Shown here in pieces: positions 35,509 through 48,039 of a stretch of DNA of 64,000 bases. The position numbers and the translations under genes were made by a program. A model generated the notes under the pieces. It saw only the letters and a program-made list of their open reading frames with translations, had not been told where the DNA came from and ran no database searches. The stretch is from NCBI GenBank assembly GCA_053919585.1, contig CM132819.1. The stretch is one strand, 5' to 3'. Positions within the stretch are counted from its first letter, which is position 1; every line of letters starts with the position of its first letter. The DNA is from Euprymna scolopes (taxonomy: Eukaryota).

Positions 35509-37569
35509 AAGCTATATATATATAACACTATATTATATATTTGGATTTTGTAACATATCAACTATATCAATCCGTTAGTGCAAATAAGAATCGGGTAGAT
35601 TTAATTCCAATATAATCTCTCACAATACTGATATCGCACAAAAACCTACAGACTAAGAACTAACCATATCAATAGCAATAAAACTGCTAAAGCACAAGAA
35701 CATAACGGTAAATAATGAAACAAATTCCATGATTATCGGAAGAATATGATATAAACTTTAGCGCATTGTATGAATATAGTAAACTATTCAAGATAAATAC
35801 TATCAGAATCTCGTACTCAGTAATATCGAATTCGAACAACAAATTATAGGCTCAAATATGGTTAGAATAAATAAAACCCAAAACCTTAAATGTTACTGCA
35901 ATGATCAAAATGTGTCCTTTTTGAATGGCCCATGTAAGCATGAGAGCGTCATTTACAAACGCATGATAAAGCAAGAATAATACAATAGAATAACAGTTGT
36001 ATAAGCATTGATATTAATAGTACTGATAATGTTATTAACGCTTTCACTGTATCGAACAATAATTCTACGCCGTCTCCAACGAATCCTCTTTCAACTGTAT
36101 ACTTAGGCTCTAATGTGAACACTATTTGAGAATCTCTAGAACACTCTCTTAAAACAAAGCTTCCAGAGAGACTCACGTTTCTTACTACCTATATCTGGTC
36201 TCTAAAGAACAATAACACGTTTTATGCTCTTGACTGGCAAAGAATTAAATGGGCTATGATCCAGAAACTTATGGAAAGATACTGCAATTTTGTCCATCAT
36301 TCATTAGAAAGGTCCTTACTAAACAATACTATGCATATATGAAATATCAAATGAATAGGAAAAGTGATTTAATACGATGATGTTTTCATTCGTTTTAACT
36401 GCTGTTATCGTTCAGTCCTCGCTATTAACGCGGAACAATCTGAAAAAGAGAAGATATAAATAAGCGTGTAAAAGAAAAAACGAAATGATACAACAATGCA
36501 ATATGGTGGTAATTTTCTACTAATACTACTACTACTATAAATACAAATACTACTACTACTACTAATAATAATAATACAATTATTGCTTCTGCTACTCCTT
36601 CAGATACAAGAAAAGAAATCATCTATTATCATCGCTGAAAAAAGAGAGAAGAAAGAGAGAAAACACCTCTACACATGATCGCTACTTATTAAACATCTTG
36701 ACGTCTCAACTAATTGAGCAACCTAATGTGTGTCAGCAAAACTGCTTCTTGCATGGGAATCAGATATTTGTTGTTTGTTCAAACGACAAACATCTGCTCG
36801 ACATCATTACGCAACAAACGCATTGGTGTCATTTTAATTACTTCCTTACATTTACATAAAGCTAATAAATTCAATAGTACAAATGATACTTCTCAAATTA
36901 TCGCTTGAGAACAATTCGTATTTAAGTAATTTTCCAGAGTTTGTATGAGATTTCACAATCATTACTTTCACACAAGCACACATACAAATATACAAGGACA
37001 TAGGAAGACATACATCTATACGTACAGATTTTCCGTAAAGAATTTTCTCTTTAAATCAATCACAGTTCAGGTTAAAGAAGCATTTGTATGAATAAACTTA
37101 TTCTGCGGTAGGTACATCACGCTTAAGTTTTAATTAGCATTTTATACGTTTTTTTGTTTTCTTTTGCAAACACATGCGGTTTGTATCGTTTTCACAGAAC
37201 ACGGGGTTTTTGTACATACTTACAATTTTAAATGTTGATTACTAGACTGGAAAGCTGCAACGAGTCAATCCTTGTTGAATGTAGTTTTCTGTCCGTCACA
37301 ACCCAATAAACAAAATGTGTTTAGAACGAGAAACAACAAAGTGACAAGAATTTATATAAAGTGTTTTTCCTATTACTGCGCACAGCCATGTCAGCAAATT
37401 TACTGCAATTTCCATAAAATAGTGTATCTATTTATTTATTTGTCCACAACCAGAATAAAACATGGATATTCATAAAGTGATATGTCCTGATTAACTATTA
37501 ACTATGTGGAAAGTTAGATCCACGGTTTATTATGAAGTTTTACTAGGTCGATTAGACGTTGAGCGTAAA

Positions 37570-38115
37570 ATTTGAAAAGTATTTTTATTTCTAGTATTTA
37601 AAACTTGAAAAATAGTATTATTATTTCTAATATTTAACATTGGCAGAATATTTTTATTTCAAATATTTAAGAATGGAAGAATATTTAATCTAATATCAAA
37701 AATTTGAAAAATATTTTTATTTTTAATATTAAAATTTTATAAATATCTTTATTTATAATATTTAAATATTAGAGAATATTTTTATTTACAATATTTAAGA
37801 TTTTAAGAATATTTTTGTTTCTGACATAAAAAATTTAAAGAATCGCTTTATCTCTAATATTTAAAATTTGAATATTATATTCTTTCTAATATTAAATATT
37901 TGAGGAATATTTTTTATTTCTAATATAAATTTTAAGATTTTGATAAATATTTTAATTTCTCCTATTAATATTTGAAGAATATTTTTATTTCTAATATTCA
38001 AAATTGTTATAATTTTTATTTTAATATTTAAAATATAAAGAATATTATTTTTTCTAAAATTAAAAGTGTAATAAATATTTTTGATTTCTAATATTTAAAA
38101 TTTGAAGTATATTAT
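37570..38115. repeat. Degenerate ~31-bp AT-rich minisatellite (resumes at ~42600-42940)
   Basis: TTTTATTTCTAATATTTAAAATTTGAAGAATAT-like units on both sides of the LINE insertion region. Confidence 0.8.
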
Positions 38116-41100
38116 TTTTTTTTTTTACACAGTGATCACCACTTATCAAGGCCCAGAAGCCACTCAGGGATAAGGGTTATTGCAAGTACATTAAGTTAGT
38201 GAGGAGATTTGCTGAAGTGTTTACTTAAGGGGGCGGTTCATTAGGAATTTGTTAACATTGGACTTGAAGACATCCAAGTTGTAGTCCGGAGGGAAGCAGG
38301 CAGACGGAACAGAGTTCCACAGGCGTGCAGTTCTAAGAAAGAAGCTTTGTTCATGGAATCCGCGTTTTGATTTAGGCACAGATGTAGAGTGGGGGAAATT
38401 TTTCACAGTGGATTCAGCTAGACGGGTGTTTTTTGTGAAAGATTGGCGAGGGGGGACCAGAGATTGGAGTTCAGACGAGCATCTGCCATGGAAATAACGA
38501 TAAAACAAGGACAGGCTCGCAACGTCTCTTCTGTGGGAGAGAGGTTGCAGGGTAGAGAAAAGGGCATCCCCCACTAAGCCACGAAGTCTATTTTGTACTC
38601 TGTCAAGGCAGGATAGGCTGTTTTTAGCAGCTCCTGTCCAGATATGGCAACAGTATTCCATCCTTGGACGTACTTGGCTTTTATATAGATAGAGAATTGC
38701 ATCAGTAGTGAGATATCTTCTGGAGCGGTAGAAGGATCCCACCATCTTTCCAGCGACCTTGGCAACAGACTTGATGTACGTGTTCCATTTCAGATCAGGA
38801 GTAAAGGTCAAACCCAGAAGCTTGTCAAAACACGGAGCCTCACCCAGACGAGAGCCATCCATCACAATTGATGCCAGCTGGGGATCAGAGCGTTGATGAT
38901 GTAAGGATAGGAGTTTGGTTTTGGATGCATTAAAGGTAACCAGCCACATCTTCCCCCACTGAACCACGCGCTCGAGATCAGAGGAGAGAGAATCAGAGAG
39001 AACTTTGTCATTTACAGCTTTTGATGTGTTGCCGTAGATGGTTGTGTCATCAGCATAGATGTCAACGAATGATTTAAGTATGTGTTTAGGGAGGTCATTG
39101 ATGTAGATCAGGAAGAGAGTTGGGCCCAGGATTGACCCCTGGGGGACTCCAGCATTTATATTGCAGGCCTCCGATTTTTGTCCATCGACCACTACTCTTA
39201 TGAGCCTATCGGAGAGAAATGATTTAATGATTGAGAAAACATTTCCCGTTATACCGTAGCTGGAAATCTTGTGAAGTAGACCCTTATGCCATACCTTGTC
39301 AAAGGCCTTTGATATGTCAAGAGCAATTGCCCTTGAAAGGAAGCCTTTGTCAAGAGATTCACTTATCCTGTGGGATATAACCGTCAGCACATCTGCGGTA
39401 GATCTTGCAGAGTGGAAACCATATTGTGTGTCACTAAGAAGGTTATTCCTGCTGAGGTGGTTGACTATTTCTCTATTTAATATGGATTCCAGCAACTTAC
39501 TCATAACACAAAGGAGACTTATAGGTCTGTATTGAGAGGGAGATGACTTATCACCTGAATTCTTAAATATAGGGCAAACTGAAGAGGCCTTCCAGGGAGT
39601 CGGAAAGCACTTCTCCTTAAGGCAGCGCTTAAATAGTTTCGTAAGTATGGGAGCAAGTTCTGGTTGAAGCTTTTTTAACACTATAATTGGGATGCCATCA
39701 GGGCCAGTTACTTTACTGGAATCTAGGTTCTTGATTAGCTTGGCGACCTCCTGCACGGATATTTGTATGTTACCCAGCTTGTTCTGTGTTATAGGAGGAA
39801 ATATGGGGAGTTGATGGCCTTCGTCGCATAGGGTAGAATTAGCTGCAAAGTTTTTTGCAAATAGTTTGGCCTTATCTGACGCCGACGAGATGACCTCTGG
39901 TCCATTGATAATGGTTGGGATAGAACGCACACTTCTGTTCAGGATCTTATTTGTTATTTGCCAAAACTGGTGGGAACCAAGCCGTTGATCAGCTACCTTG
40001 GATTTAACAGACTGGGCATATAGCTCTCTTGCATTTTTTATTACTCTTTTACAGTGGTTGTTGGCAGACCTGAAAGCAGCTTTAGTTTCAGTGCATCTAT
40101 TACGTTGGTAGCTATGGAAAAAGTGATTTCTGTGCGCGATAGCAGCAGCACATTCTGGGGAGAACCATGGCTGGCTGTTAGGTTTTTGTTGAAATTTTTT
40201 AGATGGTATGAATTGGTCTATGCCTACAATTAACCATTCGGTCAGATCTGATACTATAGAGGACACATCCTTTTTAAACATGGAATGCAGAGGTAAATCA
40301 GATATGAATGTACGGAAGCTATCCCAGTCAGCCATAGAGTATCGGTATACAGTACGGTGGAGGGGTACGTCTGGGGGCTTCTTACATTTCGTTTTTATCT
40401 TAACTGATACGACGGAGTGGTCGGAGGATCCTAGAGGAGAATGAACGGAACATGAACATAGCTCAGGGGAAGTTGAGAGAAAAAGGTCTAAGAGGCTTGC
40501 ATATTGACCGGGTGTATCGGGCACACGGGTGGGTTCGCGAACAATCTGAGTGAGGTCATAAGCAATGGCAAAATCATGACAAAACCTTCCCTCATCATCT
40601 GTCTTATTTGAATGGGTCAGCCATTCCACGTTATGGACGTTGAAATCACCACATATGTGAATATTAGCCGAGGGATGTGAAGACAGTATGTGGTCAATTT
40701 TCTCAGATATGCTCTTAAAGATAGTAACTCCGCTGTTGTGGGGCCTATAGAGGGCAAATATAAATGCAGTGGTGTTAGCAAGTGCAACCCTGAAGCACAT
40801 ATAGGGTAAATTAGGATCTTCTCTAGAGATATCCCTGCCACACGGGAAGCCATCCTTAATGTAGGCACATATTCCATGCCCATGGCGATCTTGGGGGTCA
40901 GATTTAGCTGTTAAATTTGAGTATCCGTTAATTATGAACTCGTCTAGGGTAGTGGTCGGTCCTATTCCAGTTTCACTTAGAAATAATATGTCCGATTTCG
41001 TCTCCTGTAATTGGGTTTCAACCTCTGGAAGGTTGGAACATAGACCCCTGATGTTGTAGAAGGAGACCTGGTAGTAGGGGTCTACGTTGAAAGATGGGGT

Positions 41101-41660
41101 TCTAGGTTTAATCGAGTTTTTATTCTGGATATATTTCATGTTGAGGTTTGGGGATTTGTGGAATAGGTCGGCATACTTGGTTAGAGCAGTACAGAGAGGG
41201 AAAGTAAGAGAGAAAAAGACAGGAAATTTTTTTTTTGTAGCACACGAAAAGGTAAAGCCATAACAATTACCCACTAGTATGGCATCGAGAGGCCCCACCA
41301 GAGACTACTGCATGGTCCAGATCCACTCACCAAATGGCAATACAGCAGTCCCAGTACTTTGCGCCTGCTGATAGGACAGCCTCCTTAGTGGTTAATCCAA
41401 GGTTCGGGTCCCTGACTATCAGGCGGATAACGTCAGCCCAGACAAACGTTTACCTCCAGCACCCTTACTAGTGACATGGCCACAAGGACAGACAGAGACA
41501 GAAAAATTTCCGACATCTCAGACTACTGGTCACCAAGTACTACCGACCTTTAAGCAGCTTTTTCTTCACCCTTTGTCAGAAAAATCACTCATTGAATGAG
41601 GACTGAATGACAAAATAGGAGAAGCGAGAGTTACTGGAGCTGCCGATAACACATCCACTG
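38116..41660 (-). mobile_element. Apparently full-length CR1/Zenon-like LINE family B
   Basis: Poly(A) tail at ~38116-38126, stem-loop 3' UTR, single long ORF and ~520-nt leader starting CAGTGG at 41660; possible TATTAT TSD. Confidence 0.9.
38221..41139 (-). CDS. LINE APE endonuclease-reverse transcriptase (uninterrupted, ~972 aa from the first ATG)
   Basis: YNIRG, LSET, GDFN, LLDLF and SDH (APE); [22 protein letters not shown] and YADD (RT). No stops; the frame stays open upstream to at least 41298. Confidence 0.95.
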   Translation of the reverse strand: MKYIQNKNSIKPRTPSFNVDPYYQVSFYNIRGLCSNLPEVETQLQETKSDILFLSETGIGPTTTLDEFIINGYSNLTAKSDPQDRHGHGICAYIKDGFPCGRDISREDPNLPYMCFRVALANTTAFIFALYRPHNSGVTIFKSISEKIDHILSSHPSANIHICGDFNVHNVEWLTHSNKTDDEGRFCHDFAIAYDLTQIVREPTRVPDTPGQYASLLDLFLSTSPELCSCSVHSPLGSSDHSVVSVKIKTKCKKPPDVPLHRTVYRYSMADWDSFRTFISDLPLHSMFKKDVSSIVSDLTEWLIVGIDQFIPSKKFQQKPNSQPWFSPECAAAIAHRNHFFHSYQRNRCTETKAAFRSANNHCKRVIKNARELYAQSVKSKVADQRLGSHQFWQITNKILNRSVRSIPTIINGPEVISSASDKAKLFAKNFAANSTLCDEGHQLPIFPPITQNKLGNIQISVQEVAKLIKNLDSSKVTGPDGIPIIVLKKLQPELAPILTKLFKRCLKEKCFPTPWKASSVCPIFKNSGDKSSPSQYRPISLLCVMSKLLESILNREIVNHLSRNNLLSDTQYGFHSARSTADVLTVISHRISESLDKGFLSRAIALDISKAFDKVWHKGLLHKISSYGITGNVFSIIKSFLSDRLIRVVVDGQKSEACNINAGVPQGSILGPTLFLIYINDLPKHILKSFVDIYADDTTIYGNTSKAVNDKVLSDSLSSDLERVVQWGKMWLVTFNASKTKLLSLHHQRSDPQLASIVMDGSRLGEAPCFDKLLGLTFTPDLKWNTYIKSVAKVAGKMVGSFYRSRRYLTTDAILYLYKSQVRPRMEYCCHIWTGAAKNSLSCLDRVQNRLRGLVGDALFSTLQPLSHRRDVASLSLFYRYFHGRCSSELQSLVPPRQSFTKNTRLAESTVKNFPHSTSVPKSKRGFHEQSFFLRTARLWNSVPSACFPPDYNLDVFKSNVNKFLMNRPLK

Positions 41661-43906
41661 TATTATCTACTCTCCATTAAAAAAAAAAAAAAAGTGGGGG
41701 GGGGATGGGGACAAGTGACTTATTTATATCTAAGTAGTAAGTCCGGTGCTTAGTTAACAATTCAGGACACTTTTGATGATAATCTTCCCTCCCATATTAA
41801 TGGGTGGAAGTGTCGTTATCTATCGAGTTTAAAATCATTAGAGTTTCATCTTATAAATTAATTAAAATCCAATAATTAACTATTATTAATTTGTAAAGTC
41901 GGCTTAATATTACTTTACATTCGAGTTTAGATAATTATTCAAGGGTTTACTTTAGGAGGTTCGTTTTCATGAGTAACTGTTTCTTTGCACTGTATTATAT
42001 TTCGAATGTACTTGAACATAAGGCTAACTATATTAGATGGTTTGATTTGCCAGCAAGAAGAAGGCATTTACGATACATGCAAGCTTGCAGAAATAGTATA
42101 TATTAAGTATACTACTTAAATAAAGTCCTAACTTTATCTATTCTATTAGAATAATTTCCGGCATTTTTTTTTCTTTTATCGTTAGTTGCCGGCATTTTGT
42201 TTGTTTATTTTATTGTTTAACTTTGTAGAATGAGGGGGGGGCGGATAATACAGGAGAATACAGACAAAATACATAAATAAAACACGAAAAAAACACGTTT
42301 AAAAAACAAGATAAACAAAAAACATTTAGGATTAGTTTAAAAAAATACTTAACGTTGTTGCGCTAGAAGATTCCGTTCTCATTTTGTCAACTGGTAGCTG
42401 GCATATGTCTTTCTAGAGTGAAAGAAGATTTCTACTTCCGGGTAACTTGGTCGAGTGCCTATCTACTTATAGTATAAAAGTCGTTACGGTCGGATGTGTG
42501 AAAATATTTAATTTACATTTTTTTGTTAAGAAAAAAAAAAAAAGTTCTAACTTTTTTTTATTTTTTAAAGTCCTAACTTTATCTATTCTATTAGAATAAT
42601 TCCTAATCTTTAAACTTTTAAGAATATCCTTATTCTTAATATTTAGAATTTGCACAATATTTTTCGAATATTTGAATTATGAGAATGTTTTTATTTAAAA
42701 TATAAAAATTTGAAACATTTTTTATTTTGTAATATGTAAAATTTGAATCATACTTTTATTTCTAATATGTAAAATATGAAAAATATTTTTTCTAATATTT
42801 AAAATTTTAAGAATATTTTTATTTCTAATATTAAAAATTTTAAGAATATCTTTATTGCTAATATTTAAAATTTGAAGTATATTTTTATTTCTAATATTCA
42901 AAAGCTGAAGAATATTTGTAATTTCTAATATCTAAAATAATCTCTTGTGTTTACACTGATAAACAGTTTTGAATCTGAAAAATCGACATTTGTGAATATA
43001 TAATATTTAAAAATTATCTTTAACTGCAATTAGCGAAAATATATAATAGTTTTTATACGGATTTTGTTTTCAACTTTACATGCAAACGGTTTCTTTTAGA
43101 TTTTTAAATACTTTCATATGTAATTATTAAGAAAAGAATATTTTTACTGCGATATTTTCAGAGGTTTAATTTTTCTCGTTTTTCTTTATGATTATAACTA
43201 TTTGTATCCTATCTCTTTATTCACAAACGCGTTTTACAGCAGAATGCATTCCTTTTTGTTTTAATAAAAAAGTACTCATTATAAAATAAAAGGATTTATT
43301 ATAATTTACGACAACTTTTCCATTTGGTGCTGTTAAACAACTGTATGGAGGAAATGGCTTACTTTTCGGCGACTTTTATAAAAAAAAATATGAAAAGTCA
43401 ACAACCGCTTGTTGCGCATTTAATTGAACAAAGAGCAAGAAATGCCGTTCTCGTGTGACGATAATCATACCAGCTTGTATGACTTGTTTATCTTTTAACT
43501 GCCAATCTTGTATTAAAATAGATACATAGATTTGGGACTTTGTCAGGTGTATTGAATGCAATTAAATGTGGCCTAATTCAAACGATGGCCGTTGATTGGT
43601 TACTTTTTTTACATTTAATGAATCAATTAGTCGTAATTGCCTGACACGTATCATGTCGTTTTATTACTCCCAATGATGTCAATTGTATTATTATCGATAT
43701 TTCATAGCCTTTCCTCTGTTGTTACTGATGACTTATTATTATGAAACTGATATTCAGAAGGAATGAAGACATAAAGATGAATTGGTTCATAATCATGAAG
43801 AATGCGATTGTTTATATTGAAATGATTGTGAGTGACGGCATTTGACAGAAAAGATTAGCACACAGTTTAAATATACAAACTTTGCTTTTATTCTTGTCTT
43901 TTCCAG

Positions 43907-44000
43907 ATATGGCAGGTGGCCATTTTATCATTTCCAAAAGTACAAAATCCCGGGACCGGAACCTATCGCCTACATTGGAAACATGATTGATTACAGAAAG
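43907..44000 (+). CDS. CYP3A-like: CYP3A-like coding exon 2
   Basis: Pyrimidine tract + CAG acceptor and GTTAGC donor. Encodes YGRWPFYHFQKYKIPGPEPIAYIGNMIDYRK with the P450 proline-rich hinge (IPGP.P...GN); 94 nt. Confidence 0.92.
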
Positions 44001-44276
44001 GTTAGCATTATTTTCATTCAGAAATTCACCGACATCCGAAATTTTATTGCGAATGTTGACTAGACACAAATATTACTTATTCAGGTGAACTTTTATATTT
44101 TATATTTTGTGTGAGCACATTAGTTATAGGTTCCGAAGTTAGTTGTCCGATATGCACTAAATCTGGCATATCTAGCCCTTGCGCTGTCGGGTGTCTCATA
44201 TAGAATTAAAATGTTCGATTAACTGCGACAACTACTATTAGTAGTATTTCCTATACTACTAGCTATAATACTACTA

Positions 44277-44460
44277 CTAATTATTCGGGTTGTAACAACA
44301 GAATATTCTTTTCGTTCTTTTGACTCTCTGGTATATATCCGACACAGTTAGACACACTTAATCAACCGAAAACCACATCCGTCTATAAAAAAATGTATAA
44401 GATATTTGCGGAGTCAAAACAATGAAAAGAATATGCTGTTGTCAGAGCCGTATTAATTAG
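44277..44460. mobile_element. MITE-like element with ~50-bp terminal inverted repeats
   Basis: CTAATTATTCGGGTTGTAACAACAGAATATTCTTTTCGTTCTTTTGACTC is an imperfect reverse complement of GAGTCAAAACAATGAAAAGAATATGCTGTTGTCAGAGCCGTATTAATTAG. Confidence 0.7.
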
Positions 44461-44549
44461 ATATGCTTATAAATTTAATAGCTATGATGAAAATGAAAAT
44501 AGTGCTAAGTTTGGCATGAAAAACAGTTCGTATGTCGAGTATGCCATAG

Positions 44550-44952
44550 TGTTGGGATTATTTCACCAACAAGAAGAGGGGGGTAAGAAAAGGAAGTAAG
44601 GGCTTGCAACGAAATGGTGACGTTGCTTGCAAGCAGTCTTTTCTTTCCTTGTAAAGGTAACAATTAACTGGTAGCGTTTGCCGAATAACAGTAACGCGGT
44701 AATCAGTCTAAGAGACGCCAACCGACTAGCAAGCTAGGTAACTAGCTTCTTAACTAATCACTAACCCGTAGTGAGACAACTCCTTTTATACATACTAACT
44801 CTCAGTGGCGAGAATTCCAACGAGATTAGAATGTCTATTTAACTTAGTAGGAAATAGACACCCAGTTTTTCAGTAACGGCAAAACAGCAGTTCAGTGTCT
44901 TTTCTTCCCTCCGACCCACCCCCGGTAAGTCAAATCAATTTCAATTCTTACA
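44550..44952 (-). mobile_element. Solo LTR
   Basis: TGTTGGGATT...AATTCTTACA termini flanked by the 4-bp direct repeat ATAG; TATAAAAGG on the minus strand at ~44782-44790. Confidence 0.65.
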
Positions 44953-45086
44953 ATAGTTATCAAAAGGATATTACTACTATTAGTGCATATACTTCCACCA
45001 ACTTGACTATCAATTGCTAAGTGGGCAATTTAAAATATCTAGTAGCCTCCTCCTTTTTCTCTTCCTGTTCCTCCTACTACTACTAT

Positions 45087-45159
<73 letters not shown>

Positions 45160-45162
<3 letters not shown>

Positions 45163-48020
45163 TGTGTTCGCTAGAAGTTCTCACACAGACCATAATCAGA
45201 GATTGCTCACTGACCACAACCGTTGGTGTTTCCTGTAGTCTGGGTGACAACAAGTCTCCCCACGATAACCTTTGCAAATGATTTTGCGTTATGGTAACAG
45301 TCGTTTGCCATTCTCGATAGCAATGACCATTGATTTTCACCGAAATTTGACAATAAGTAAAGTTGATCAGTATCGTCTTTTGCATTGTCATTAGTTTCCG
45401 CGTGTTCTATTGAAAATGCCTAAATTCCTCTTCAGTTCAGCCTATGTCAGAGAAGCTTATTAGCGATACTGCTCAAGTTTTTATTCCTTGTATTAGGTTT
45501 CTACTGTATAGTTTTGTTTCTAATAGTTTCCTTGTTCTTATCAAGTACTCTTTTCTAATTTTCACTTTCATTTCTGCAGATTTCATGGTGTCTGCTTCTA
45601 GAACACCCAAACATTTATAAGTGTAATCTTCACGAAGTGCCCTCATATCCTCTTGGTTTGGCATTTCCATCCCCTCGGATGTCTCTAATTTCCTCTATTT
45701 TAATCTCTAATAGGGCACACCTTTTCTTTCTAAACTCTATTCTAATATCCTGGCTGAATATTCTGGTTGTATTTATTAGCTGTTCCAGTTGATATTTTTT
45801 TAGAAATGGCTTCAGGACATTCATATGCATGAAATGGTTTATTTTTTGTTCGGTGTCTGCAAGCTTGTATGCGGCATTACATTTCCTAAGTGTGTAGTTG
45901 AGTGGCATCATGGTTATGACAAATAATAATAATAATAATAATAATAATTATTATTATTATTATTTACTCACTAGGAGTAGTCACACAAGCCATCATCAAA
46001 GATTTCTCTTTGAGAACAACTTGTGGTGTTATCTGGAGTCTGAGTGACAATAAGTTTCCTCAGATTTCCAGTACTTTCACCTCTTTCGATAACCTTTGCA
46101 GATGAATTTGTGCTATCGCAACAACCGCTTACCATCGATCTCTCGTTCGCAGCAACCATCGGTCTTCACTGGAATCTGGGTGACACTAAACCTCCTCAAG
46201 CTCCAAGTCCTCTTTTCACTCATCTAGCGGAAGTCTGCCTAGTGCTTTCCCTCCTCAGTTCTTTCATTCTCTTTGGCCCTCCTTGCCGATGTGGCGCCAT
46301 TTTATGGTGACATATACGCACAAAAAAAGAAAAAAAGGGGTCGCAAGACAGAGGCGCAAAGGGTTAAGTTACAATCATATTATTTCAGTTTTCATGATTG
46401 TATGTAATGTTACTTTGTTTTACACCTCTACCAGTTTCTGTACGAGTATGTCTAGTTTATAGTTCATGTGTTTTAGTCTTCGCATTCGATGGTTTTTCTT
46501 TAATATTTCAACTGCTTTCATTATTCTCATCCTTTGTACCTTTTCAGTCATCCGTCTAATTCCAATCTCTCCCACTCTTTTTTTAAACGTTTTTCTCATC
46601 TTCTCCGTCTTCTTGATATTTACCCTATCGTCTACTGGAACGGAAAAAAATCTACAGTCTGGCAGGACGTTAACTTCTTATTAACTATTATGACATCAGG
46701 ATAGATTTATCCGTTTGTATATCCATGTCCCATTCGATTTTGTGACTTTCATTTTCAAGTACTGCTGCCAGTTTGTGCTTGTACCATTTGTCTGGTTGTT
46801 CGAAATGCAGTTGTCTCCATAATTCCCAGTGTACTGCCTTCCCAACTTGATCGTATCTATTCTTGTATTCTTTTGGTGCTAGTTTGCTGCATTCGCTTAT
46901 TATGTGGTTTATCGTTTCGTCTCTTTGCCCACAGAGTTTGCATTTGTTGTTTTCTTGTGTCTTGTCAATCCTTGTTTTTGTGTGGTTCGTTCTAATTGCA
47001 TTATCTTGTGCGGTTATTAGGAATATAATTTCTTTGTTTATGTTGCCTTTTTGTAGAGGTTTTCGTTAGTCTCATATTTTGTCACTCTTATGAATCATCC
47101 GTATAGCTGTTTCTCTTTCCATTTTTCCCCTCGTCTTATTGCTCGTCTCTTCTTTTTCTGTCTTTTTTATTTCTTCAGTGTCTGTTACTGTGGTAATTAG
47201 TCATTTGAAGTTCTGCATTACGTATTTTTCTAATTATTTTGGTGAGTTATTTACACAGTCTTCGATACAAACCAGCCATCTTCTTCCGTCTTTTCTTTTC
47301 ACATAGGGTCGGTCAGTATCATTAGTGCATTGTGCATAGTCATGAGTTTCCTGGTTTTCTGGTCGAAATGGCTCAGTTCTTCTTTAGTCCAACTTATAAA
47401 CGGTTCCCGAGTATATTATTATTTAGATTATAAAATTGTACTTTGAGAGCAACTTGTGGTGTTCTCTAGAGTCTGAGTAACAATAAGTCTCCCCAGATTC
47501 CTAGTACTCTCTACCTCTTCCAATAACCTCTACAAAAGAATTTGGGTTATCGTAACATCCGCTTACCATTGATTTCTCATTGGCAGTGACCATTGGTCTT
47601 TACTTGATTTTGGGCGGCAATAAGCCTCTCCAAGGGCTCAGTTCACTTTGCACTCAATCAGTGTATGTCTGACTAGTGCGTTCTCTCATTCTTTCCATTT
47701 TCCTTGGCCCTCCTCGCTTATTTAGCGTGGTGCCAGTGTACGGTGGCACACACGCACACAAAAGGGAGGCGGTATTTTACAATTATATCGTTTCAGTTTT
47801 TATGATTCCATGTGATGTCTCTTTGTGTTTTACGTCTGCAGTCGTTTCTGTGTGCCTAGTTTGTATCTGTAGTTCGTGTATGTTAATCTCCACATTTGAG
47901 AGTTTTCCTTAATATTTCATTAGTTTTCATTATTATTGTTATTTGTTGTATCTTCTCAGGCATCTCTCTGATTCCGATCTCTCCTATTCTTTTTTAGTTT
48001 TTCCGTATTGTTCTTAACGC
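45160..48020 (-). mobile_element. Cluster of R4/Dong-like non-LTR fragments (3' ends at ~45160, ~45965, ~47440)
   Basis: HFMHMNVLK, YKCLGVLEAD, KLLETKLYSRNLIQGI, CCHC region LCGQRDETINHIMSECSKLA and WYKH; abutting (TAA)n/(TTA)n tracts. Confidence 0.85.
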
Positions 48021-48039
48021 TCCTATTAGTAGTAGTGTT

